Source of the DNA: Ulvibacter litoralis
GTDB lineage: Bacteria; Bacteroidota; Bacteroidia; Flavobacteriales; Flavobacteriaceae
Direction: 5' to 3'
DNA: 64,000 bases
NCBI RefSeq assembly: GCF_900102055.1
Contig: NZ_FNBA01000001.1
Span: 581,085-645,084, forward strand
Below, piece by piece: positions 1 through 7,838 of this stretch (position 1 is the first letter of the stretch; each line of letters opens with the position of its first letter). The notes beneath the pieces are model-generated. The model had not been told where the DNA came from. It did not search any database and saw only the letters and a list, made by a program, of their open reading frames with translations. The translations under genes were made by a program, and so were the position numbers.

Positions 1-178
1 AAGCTGGGGGAGCTTTTTCATAAATAGTATTTTACATTGGAAAGCAAATGTAGGAAAATTCTTATTGATATGGAAATTTCTTACGTTTACTGTTTTTAAT
101 TAGGCTTGTTTCACAAAAAAACGAAAAAACTTGGAGATTAATCTATAGACTATGTTAAAATAAAAAGAAAACATAAAT

Positions 179-829
179 TTAGTCACCAAATCTATTCAAA
201 AGCGCTAAAAACTGGTCTCTAGAAACCTCCTCAGCCCCAAGGCTTTCTAAATGAGCGGTATACACCTGACAGTCTATTACGTGGTATTCTTTTTGTCTAA
301 GTTTCGATACCAAATGACAAAACCCAACTTTAGAGGCATCGCTTTGTTTGCTAAACATACTTTCGCCACAAAAAACCTTTTTTTCTTTTAAATCAATGCC
401 GTACAGTCCGCCTACCAAGGCACCGTCTTTCCACACCTCAACAGAAATTGCAATTCCTTGATTGTGTAATTGAATGTAGGCTTCTTGCATTTCGGCTGTA
501 ATCCAAGTTCCATTTTGTCCGTTTCTTTTTGCGGTGGCACAGTTATGTATTACTTCGGAAAAAGCAGTATTATAGGTTACTGTAAATACATTTTTAGTAA
601 TTGTTTTCTGAAGGCTTTTCGAAACCTTTAACTGCTCAGGATATAATATCATTCTTGGATCTGGACTCCACCATAAAATAGGTTGATCGTCTTCATACCA
701 AGGGAAAATTCCGGAGTTATAAGCTAGCAGTAACCGCTTTGTAGATAAATCGCCTCCTATGGCTAACAACCCATCATCATCTGCTTTGGAAGGTTCTGGA
801 AAGGCAAGAGCTGAAGACAAGTAAAACAC
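179..829 (-). CDS. aat: leucyl/phenylalanyl-tRNA--protein transferase
   Basis: 216-aa ORF. The GESMFS and IFPWY motifs and overall length are typical of the L/F-transferase family. Confidence 0.8.
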   Translation of the reverse strand: MFYLSSALAFPEPSKADDDGLLAIGGDLSTKRLLLAYNSGIFPWYEDDQPILWWSPDPRMILYPEQLKVSKSLQKTITKNVFTVTYNTAFSEVIHNCATAKRNGQNGTWITAEMQEAYIQLHNQGIAISVEVWKDGALVGGLYGIDLKEKKVFCGESMFSKQSDASKVGFCHLVSKLRQKEYHVIDCQVYTAHLESLGAEEVSRDQFLALLNRFGD

Positions 830-1005
830 TTATATAATATGGTGTTAGCAGTTAATTTTTAAAATAAAAAGGCTGTCTATAGTTGTACTTATAATCTATT
901 TGTAGAATCGAGCGAAGTCGAGACCTATGCAACAGTTAGGAACTGTGCTCAAACGGACATAAAAACGTACTATACAGACAGCCTTTCGTTTACTGTTTTA
1001 TAGAT

Positions 1006-1383
1006 TTAAAACGGTAAATCGTCGTGATCTTCTTCGTTTAAATTGCTCGCTGGCTCAAAAGCATCAACTGGAGGCATTGGAGGCATTCCAGCGCTATTAG
1101 CAGATTGATCAATATTTTCGATTCTCCAACCTGTAATAGAGTTGAAATATTTAGTTTCACCTTGAGGGTTTACCCACTCACGGCCTCTAATATTGATACT
1201 TACTTTTACGTTTTGTCCAACTTGGTATGAATTTAACAAATCTGTTTTATCTTGAACAAACTCAATAAGAATATGCTGTGGGTATTGTTCTTCGGTAGTA
1301 ATTACCAGCTCTCTCTTTCTAAAACCATTGTTTCCAAACGTTTTAGTTTCATCTATCATTTTAATTTTTCCTTGTAAATCCAT
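1006..1383 (-). CDS. DUF3127-family small protein with an OB-fold-like core and an acidic SSB-like C-terminal tail (DDLPF)
   Basis: 125-aa ORF. The central region (VGQNVKVSINIRGREW...YFNSITGWRIE) looks OB-like. The last residues EEDHDDLPF mimic the SSB C-terminal tip. Confidence 0.55.
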   Translation of the reverse strand: MDLQGKIKMIDETKTFGNNGFRKRELVITTEEQYPQHILIEFVQDKTDLLNSYQVGQNVKVSINIRGREWVNPQGETKYFNSITGWRIENIDQSANSAGMPPMPPVDAFEPASNLNEEDHDDLPF

Positions 1384-1404
1384 CTTATTCGTTTCTATAA
1401 TTAT

Positions 1405-2235
1405 TTATTTTTTTACTAAAAGTTTCCATGCTTCGGAAACATTTCCGTTACAAAGCTGCTGTTGTGCTAAAATATGTATTTCTTCCGAAGCATTTACAAA
1501 AGTGTTTGCTTCTTCAGGCAAATTTTCAACATTCGCCAACATTCCTAAATCATTTCCTGTTAATATCGCACTGTTTTTAATCGCTTCAGGTAAAGCATCT
1601 ACACCAATACCAAGCGTTGTAAGAGGTTTTGGCACTTCAAACATTCCTTCTTTGGCACGATTGTACCAATTCCCACCCATTCTAGCTACCGTATCAATTT
1701 TTACAGGATCAATTTTTCCTTCGGAATCTAAAATAGTTTCATCTATATGTAACTGAACAACCTCGCAAATAACAAGGTTTCCTGCACCTCCATTGTCCCC
1801 AAGAGAAATCACTTCATTTACTTTACATTCAAATTGAACAGGAGATTCTGCCACGCGGGGTGGTTTTACTGCTACTGAAGCTGCTTCAGTAAACCCAGCT
1901 TTTTCAAACTCATTAACTCCTTTGGCATATTCTGTAGAAGACAAAGACATTTGTTGCACCATGGCATAACTTACAATGTTTATAACAACCTCTTTGTTAA
2001 TAAGTACATTTTCTAGGGTGTGTTTTGTAGTATTATCACGAACTCTTCTCGCAGGAGAAAAAATTAGAATGGGCGGATTAGCACTAAACACATTAAAGAA
2101 GCTAAAAGGCGATAAATTTACATTGCCTTCAGCATCAACAGTACTTGCAAATGCAATAGGACGAGGAGCTATGGCGCCTAAAAGGTACCCGTGCAATTGC
2201 CCTGTAGATATGTCTTTCGGATTAATTGATTTCAT
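1405..2235 (-). CDS. flavin reductase-like (FMN-binding split-barrel) family protein
   Basis: 276-aa ORF. The N-terminal HGYLLGAIAPRPIAFASTVDAEGNVNLSPFSFFN is the characteristic flavin-reductase domain signature. Confidence 0.7.
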   Translation of the reverse strand: MKSINPKDISTGQLHGYLLGAIAPRPIAFASTVDAEGNVNLSPFSFFNVFSANPPILIFSPARRVRDNTTKHTLENVLINKEVVINIVSYAMVQQMSLSSTEYAKGVNEFEKAGFTEAASVAVKPPRVAESPVQFECKVNEVISLGDNGGAGNLVICEVVQLHIDETILDSEGKIDPVKIDTVARMGGNWYNRAKEGMFEVPKPLTTLGIGVDALPEAIKNSAILTGNDLGMLANVENLPEEANTFVNASEEIHILAQQQLCNGNVSEAWKLLVKK

Positions 2236-2380
2236 GGATTACAAAAGTAGCCAAACTATAAAGTTTCTAAAAATTTGTGTACACAATAATATTAACATAT
2301 TTGCATTATATTTATCCACTAAGGTTTTAACCCCACCGTATAAAATTAATGAAGGTTAAAATCGGAAATCGCTTTTCTGT

Positions 2381-3535
2381 ATGCAAAACAATACTACACT
2401 TACCCGTTGGGTATTTATTTTTTCTTCACTTTGTATTATTGGACTTATTTTATGGAATACATATTCATTTTTTAATCAACTAAAAGAAAACGAACGAACC
2501 AAAATGCAGATTTGGGCTACCGCTCAGACCGAACTTCAGAACGACGATAAGGATGCTGTAATTAGCGACACTTCATTAGAAGTAATTAAAGCGAACACCA
2601 CAACTCCTATGCTGGTATATAGTCATCGGGAACAAATTTACACCGAGCGAAATTTGGACAAAAGAGATGTAAATACGCCTGAAAAAATTGAAAATCTCGT
2701 AGTGCAATTTAAGTCTGAATACAAGCCTATTGAGATAAAATATAATGATGAATTATTAGCAACTATTTACTACGGAAACTCTCCCATTATTAAAAAGCTA
2801 AAGTATTATCCTGCTGTATTAATTTTAATAATCTTCTTATTTATTGCTGCAATTTATCTTTTTTATAAGACTTCTAAATCGGCCGAACAAAACAAATTGT
2901 GGGCTGGAATGGCAAAAGAAACTGCACATCAAATTGGAACACCTTTATCCTCGCTTGTAGGTTGGACCGAAATTTTTAAAACGGAAAATATAAATCAAGA
3001 ATACATCGTCGAAATGGAAAAAGACATTCACCGTCTGGAAACCATTACAGAACGATTTTCGAAAATTGGATCGATCCCAAAACTTGAAAAAACAGATTTA
3101 ATTGCTGAAACAAAAGCTACTTTTGACTATCTTAAAAGGCGTAGTTCTAAATTAATCAAGTTTGAATTAGACGTTCCTGATGATGAAATTTACGTAAAAC
3201 TGAATTCTCAATTGTATAGTTGGACCATAGAAAATATGGTAAAGAATGGCATTGATGCAATGAGAGGGAAGGGAACCATTACCGTCTCCATTGAAACAAA
3301 TGCAAAATACGCAATGGTTCGCATAAGTGATACGGGAAAAGGAATAGCCAAACGAGATTTTAAAAAAATATTTCGTCCTGGCTACACAAGTAAAAAGAGA
3401 GGTTGGGGACTCGGTTTGTCCCTCTCTAAACGAATTATATCTGAATACCATAACGGTAAAATACGCGTGTTAAAAAGTAGCCCAGAAACTGGAACTACTA
3501 TGGAAATAGCATTACAATTTAATAAATTGACATGA
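2381..3535 (+). CDS. sensor histidine kinase with two TM segments, an H-box and an HATPase_c domain
   Basis: 384-aa ORF with hydrophobic segments near residue 12 and residue 145. The H-box is HQIGTPLSSLVGW. The C-terminal region has G-rich ATP-lid motifs (DTGKGI, GWGLGL). Confidence 0.8.
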   Translation: MQNNTTLTRWVFIFSSLCIIGLILWNTYSFFNQLKENERTKMQIWATAQTELQNDDKDAVISDTSLEVIKANTTTPMLVYSHREQIYTERNLDKRDVNTPEKIENLVVQFKSEYKPIEIKYNDELLATIYYGNSPIIKKLKYYPAVLILIIFLFIAAIYLFYKTSKSAEQNKLWAGMAKETAHQIGTPLSSLVGWTEIFKTENINQEYIVEMEKDIHRLETITERFSKIGSIPKLEKTDLIAETKATFDYLKRRSSKLIKFELDVPDDEIYVKLNSQLYSWTIENMVKNGIDAMRGKGTITVSIETNAKYAMVRISDTGKGIAKRDFKKIFRPGYTSKKRGWGLGLSLSKRIISEYHNGKIRVLKSSPETGTTMEIALQFNKLT

Positions 3536-3873
3536 ATACCATAGAACAAATACTACATATCGCAAAGCTAAAAAACAATTGCCCTGTATGTTATGCTACA
3601 GATGGTTTAGAGATTTCGTTTATCCAAGAAGAACACGAAAATAAATATTACAACAAAATAAAAAAGGAAGTTTCAGAAACCCTGTATTGTCATAGTTGTA
3701 AAAATATTATTTATCCTGTAAACTGGAATGAAGATATTGAACGTGTGTATCAATATCATAAAAAACAAGCAAAACCAAAAAGTGCACAAATACAATTAAA
3801 ACCTATTACGTATTCAGTCGTAATTGGCATTCTACTCGTTCTTTTTGTGGTTTTTTATGTAGCTAGCCTATAG
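3532..3873 (+). CDS. small zinc-ribbon (2x CxxC) protein with a C-terminal TM anchor, translationally coupled to the upstream HK
   Basis: 113-aa ORF whose start overlaps the HK stop (ATGA). It has CPVC and CHSC pairs and a hydrophobic C-terminus (VVIGILLVLFVVFYV). Confidence 0.45.
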   Translation: MNTIEQILHIAKLKNNCPVCYATDGLEISFIQEEHENKYYNKIKKEVSETLYCHSCKNIIYPVNWNEDIERVYQYHKKQAKPKSAQIQLKPITYSVVIGILLVLFVVFYVASL

Positions 3874-3880
3874 CGTATTT

Positions 3881-4273
3881 CTAAGCCATGTTTTTTTGAA
3901 TTGCCGTAGCCAAAGCTATAAATTCTTCTGAAGACATAGCAACTTTGTGAGAAAAAGTCATTTCTTTCATCTCATTTAACGGAATTAAATGAACGTGAAC
4001 ATGTGGCACTTCCAATCCAACAACTGCAACTCCTACTCGTTTACAAGCAACCGTTTTTTCCAAAGCGATGGCAACCTTTCTAGAAAACTTCATCAGTTTT
4101 ATATAAGTTTCTTCATCTAGGTCGAAAATTTTATCCACCTCGACTTTAGGAACACATAATGTATGTCCTTTCGCATTTGGATTGATGTCTAAAAAAGCTA
4201 TAAAATGTTCGTCCTCTGCTACTTTGTAACAAGGAATTTTACCTTCAATTATTTGTGTAAAAATAGACACCAT
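3881..4273 (-). CDS. HIT (histidine triad) family hydrolase
   Basis: 130-aa ORF with an HVHVHLIP histidine-triad motif. Confidence 0.85.
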   Translation of the reverse strand: MVSIFTQIIEGKIPCYKVAEDEHFIAFLDINPNAKGHTLCVPKVEVDKIFDLDEETYIKLMKFSRKVAIALEKTVACKRVGVAVVGLEVPHVHVHLIPLNEMKEMTFSHKVAMSSEEFIALATAIQKNMA

Positions 4274-4750
4274 TTAGTCTCTTGTAATTTCTAAAATTTC
4301 AAAATTTATAACTCCGTTTGGGATTTGTATTTCGGCTACATCCCCTACTTTCTTACCAAGCAATCCTTTTCCGATAGGTGAATCTACTGAAATTTTTCCA
4401 GTTTTTAAATCGGCTTCACTTTGCGCCACCAATTTATAATTCATTTCCATCCCGTTGGCTTGATTTTTAATCTTCACATTAGAATGCACTAAAATTTTAG
4501 AGGTATCTAAAACAGACTCATCTATTAAACGAGCATTGGCATATACTTCTTCCAATTTAGAAATGCGCATTTCTAGCATTCCTTGTGCCTCTTTTGCAGC
4601 ATCATATTCTGCATTCTCACTTAAATCTCCTTTATCACGAGCTTCCGCAATTGCTTTAGAAGCATTCGGACGCTCCACATCTTTAAGCTGATTAAGTTCT
4701 TCTCTCAACTTTTTTAAACCTTCTGCTGTATAATAAGATACTTTACTCAT
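4274..4750 (-). CDS. greA: transcription elongation factor GreA
   Basis: 158-aa ORF with an N-terminal coiled-coil (YTAEGLKKLREELNQLK) and a C-terminal FKBP-like domain, both typical of GreA. Confidence 0.9.
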   Translation of the reverse strand: MSKVSYYTAEGLKKLREELNQLKDVERPNASKAIAEARDKGDLSENAEYDAAKEAQGMLEMRISKLEEVYANARLIDESVLDTSKILVHSNVKIKNQANGMEMNYKLVAQSEADLKTGKISVDSPIGKGLLGKKVGDVAEIQIPNGVINFEILEITRD

Positions 4751-4824
4751 AGTTTATTCGTTTTTGTTGTACAATGTCCTTTAAATACCACATTTTCAAT
4801 TTAAAATGACGTCTGTCTCTATAA

Positions 4825-4866
4825 ATACAAAAAATCCCATTGCGAGACGGGATTTCTTTTACACAA
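4825..4866 (-). terminator. intrinsic-terminator-like hairpin plus T-tract in the greA 5' leader (candidate attenuator or leader sRNA)
   Basis: On the minus strand the sequence reads GAAATCCCGTCTCGCAATGGGATTTTTTGTATTT, a GC-containing stem followed by a U-run. It lies about 75 nt upstream of the greA start codon. Confidence 0.4.
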
Positions 4867-4930
4867 ATATACTAAAAAATAACTTATTACATATTTTGTA
4901 CTACTTTTGAACTTAAATTTTAGACCCCTA

Positions 4931-5365
4931 ATGAAACGTATTATATTCTCCCTGTTTTTATCCTTAACACTTTTAAGCTGTAATAAAGATGATTCTCCTA
5001 ACGACAACAATCCCTTCTTGTTAAGTCCGATTGTTAGCGTAAACTTAAACCTAAACTTACCGCAATACAATGACTTAAAATTTCCTGGAAATAGTATTGT
5101 TCTTCCCGGAGAAGGCATTCGAGGCATTGTGGTGTATTGTGTAAATTCTGAATTTTACACCGCCTTCGACCTAAGCGACCCAAATCATGTGCCTAGCTCT
5201 TGTTCGGGGATGACAATTTCTGGTATTGAAACCACGTGCCCTTGTACTTCAGATTCTAATAAATACGATATTGTTACAGGACAGCATAGATCCAATCCAG
5301 ATTTATACCCTATGCAACAATATCGCTCTATTAGAACAGGTGACAATATTCAAATCACCAATTAA
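4931..5365 (+). CDS. hypothetical lipoprotein (lipobox LLSC), Cys-rich
   Basis: The ORF runs 4907..5365. The likely start is MKRIIFSLFLSLTLLSCNKDD. The mature part carries several Cys/His residues (CVNSEF...SSCSGM...CPCTSD). Confidence 0.5.
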   Translation: MKRIIFSLFLSLTLLSCNKDDSPNDNNPFLLSPIVSVNLNLNLPQYNDLKFPGNSIVLPGEGIRGIVVYCVNSEFYTAFDLSDPNHVPSSCSGMTISGIETTCPCTSDSNKYDIVTGQHRSNPDLYPMQQYRSIRTGDNIQITN

Positions 5366-7539
5366 AATTTTACAGTAGCACCCACTAAAAAATTAATTTC
5401 AGCCTGCGGATAATAGCCTGCTCCTTCTATGGTCGTAACTTGTCCAGGAACGCTCCAGTCATCATCGTAGGTGTAGAAATATCCATTAGACACATACTTT
5501 GTGCTAAAGATGTTATTTACCAGTCCAGAGAATACTATTGATTGTACAACAGGCACATTGTCTAACGTATAGAAAATATTAAAGTCGTGGATAAAGTAAC
5601 TCTCCAATTTTGAAGCATCGCTGTCAATATTTCCCATATATTGCTCGCCTACAAACTTTGATAGTAATGAAAACTGCAACTTGTTAATAGGACTGTATTC
5701 AATTCTATTTCCAGCCACAATTCCGGGAGAGAAAGAGGTATTTGTAGTTCCTAGATTTACCAAACCACCATCTCTAGCAGTCACAAAGTCTAAATTTTTA
5801 TTCGTGCTTAAAGCAATGTTTGGAAACACACGTACTTGATTGGAAATACGCACTTCTGCATCCACTTCAAGTCCTAAACGATAACTTTTACCACTAGTAG
5901 CACGAATAGGCGCTCCTACATCATCTAGCGCTCCAGTAAGCACCAATTGATCTTTATAGTTCATATAAAAAAGGTTGGTATTTACTTTAACAGCTTCAGA
6001 AGCAGTTCGCCATCCTAATTCAAAATCGTCTAATTTTTCAGCCGTAAAAATGCCTTGTTCAAAATCGCTTTTACGAGGCTCTCTGTTTGCTTTTCCGTAG
6101 GAGAAATAAAACTGATTGGCATCGTTTAACTGAAATGAAGCCCCCGCTTTTGGGTTGAAAAAACTATACTTTTCACGAACTACTAACGGAAGTAAATCGG
6201 AGGTAATTCCGCTCGTTCTATAACTTACAAAACGTCCTTGAAGATCTCCAAATACACTCCATTGGTCATTTAAACGATAGGTCATTTTTCCGAAGACAGT
6301 GAATTCATTTTTATCTCCATTTCCACTATAATAACGGTCTCTAATCTCAGAACCTCCTGCATTTTGAGCCCAAATCACTTCTCCAAAATGATCCCCTCCG
6401 TAATAACTATAAAAAATTCCTCCCGTTACATCTACCCGAGTGTCTTTGTACGTTACGTTCGCATTGGCTGCGTAAAAGTTGTTGTTTAACCAACGACGAC
6501 GTATTAAATCTGTAGTATTTATGGTTTCACCCCCTATTTCGATTGGCTCAAACCCGTAATCTTCAAAAGATTCGTCTTCTTTATATTGCTCAAAATACCC
6601 TCTTCCGTAGGTATAATTAAGTGCTAGATTGGTGCTCCATTTATTATTGAAACGTTGATTCCAAAGCAACTGATAATGATCTTGCGAATAGTGATCTACT
6701 TCTTGGTCGTAAAACTGATCGTTGCCATCGGCATCGGTATAAGCCCCTGAAGGATTATAGGTTCTGTCGTCTCGCAACTTTGTTGAATCAATTCCATTCC
6801 ATGCTTGATACGTCTCTTCAGTTCCTCCAAAGGTGATGGCTTTAATTAAGGTGTTTTTTCCAACGTACGATCCTTGTAAGTAATACGATTTTAAATCACT
6901 TGTCGCTCTATCAATATACCCGTCTGACTGGATGGTAGACAACCGTCCCGCCAACTCGATGTGATCGCTTAACAATCCTGTGCTAAACTTTACATTGTGT
7001 TTGCGCGTGTTATACGAACCAATTGCATTTGAAATTTCGCCGTATGCCTTTTCTGAAACACCATCGGTAAGCATGTTTAAACTTGCTCCAAAAGCACCAG
7101 AACCGTTTGTTGACGTTCCAACACCACGTTGCAACTGCAAGCTTTGAACTGATGACGTAAAATCGGGTAAGTTTACAAAAAACGACCCCTGACTTTCGGC
7201 ATCGTTAAACGGAATTCCGTTTAACGTAACATTTACTCGTGAAGCATCGCTACCACGCACACGAATGTATGTATACCCTACACCAGCACCTGCATCACTC
7301 GTGGTGACAACCGATGGTAAGTACGAAAGCATATAAGGAATGTCTTGCCCTAGGTTTCGCTTCTCAAGCTCTTCTTTTTCTAAATTTGAATGGGTAATGG
7401 GCGAATCTGCATCTACCCGAACTGATTGAATTAATACTTCCTCTAGTTTTTCTACGGAAGTAGAATCTTTAACTTTTTCTTGCGAATAGCCATTTGCTAT
7501 TGCTGTTAAAACGGTAAGTGAAATGAATAATTTTTTCAT
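5362..7539 (-). CDS. TonB-dependent outer membrane receptor, likely a thiamin/TPP-regulated transporter
   Basis: The long ORF has a probable true start at MKKLFISLTVLTA (signal peptide). It contains a plug domain and a beta-barrel, and ends in the aromatic residue F. A TPP riboswitch lies immediately upstream. Confidence 0.85.
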   Translation of the reverse strand: MKKLFISLTVLTAIANGYSQEKVKDSTSVEKLEEVLIQSVRVDADSPITHSNLEKEELEKRNLGQDIPYMLSYLPSVVTTSDAGAGVGYTYIRVRGSDASRVNVTLNGIPFNDAESQGSFFVNLPDFTSSVQSLQLQRGVGTSTNGSGAFGASLNMLTDGVSEKAYGEISNAIGSYNTRKHNVKFSTGLLSDHIELAGRLSTIQSDGYIDRATSDLKSYYLQGSYVGKNTLIKAITFGGTEETYQAWNGIDSTKLRDDRTYNPSGAYTDADGNDQFYDQEVDHYSQDHYQLLWNQRFNNKWSTNLALNYTYGRGYFEQYKEDESFEDYGFEPIEIGGETINTTDLIRRRWLNNNFYAANANVTYKDTRVDVTGGIFYSYYGGDHFGEVIWAQNAGGSEIRDRYYSGNGDKNEFTVFGKMTYRLNDQWSVFGDLQGRFVSYRTSGITSDLLPLVVREKYSFFNPKAGASFQLNDANQFYFSYGKANREPRKSDFEQGIFTAEKLDDFELGWRTASEAVKVNTNLFYMNYKDQLVLTGALDDVGAPIRATSGKSYRLGLEVDAEVRISNQVRVFPNIALSTNKNLDFVTARDGGLVNLGTTNTSFSPGIVAGNRIEYSPINKLQFSLLSKFVGEQYMGNIDSDASKLESYFIHDFNIFYTLDNVPVVQSIVFSGLVNNIFSTKYVSNGYFYTYDDDWSVPGQVTTIEGAGYYPQAEINFLVGATVKF

Positions 7540-7667
7540 TCGTAAATAATAATTACGAATAAAAGGGGCGTTATTCTTTGTTAAGGTTAAATAAATTGTT
7601 TGCTTCCGCAGATACGATATCATTGGTTCGCATGGTCTAAAAAAATATCTGAAAGACATTCTCTTAG

Positions 7668-7752
7668 ACTTGGTTTCCTAAACAGCATTACCTGTTCAAG
7701 GTTCTATGGGTATAATCTCAGCTTTTTACGGCACCCCTTTGAGATGCCGCAA
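7668..7752 (-). ncRNA. TPP (thiamine pyrophosphate) riboswitch
   Basis: The minus strand reads ...GGGGTGCCGTAAAAAGCTGAGATTATACCCATAGAACCTTGAACAGGTAATGCTGTTTAGGAAACC. This contains the conserved THI-element blocks GGGGTGCC, GCUGAGA, ACCC, GAACCUGA..GG.UAAUGC and AGGAA, in the correct order and spacing. It sits in the leader of the TonB-dependent receptor. Confidence 0.8.
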
Positions 7753-7838
7753 ATATAACACAACTTTATTTTAATAGACATCCTTTTTTTATCAAAACCT
7801 TAATACTCGCCTGTTTTAATTGTGATTATTTTTGAAAG

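Noticed and set aside
1328-2359. Plus-strand ORFs 1328..1756 and 1976..2359 overlapping the flavin-reductase gene
   Set aside because: They lie antisense and in-phase within a well-supported minus-strand CDS. The translations are low-complexity with no recognisable motifs.
4819-5127. 102-aa minus-strand ORF spanning the greA upstream region and the lipoprotein gene start
   Set aside because: It overlaps a lipoprotein gene that has a clear signal peptide and lipobox on the other strand, and it contains the leader terminator hairpin. No coding features.
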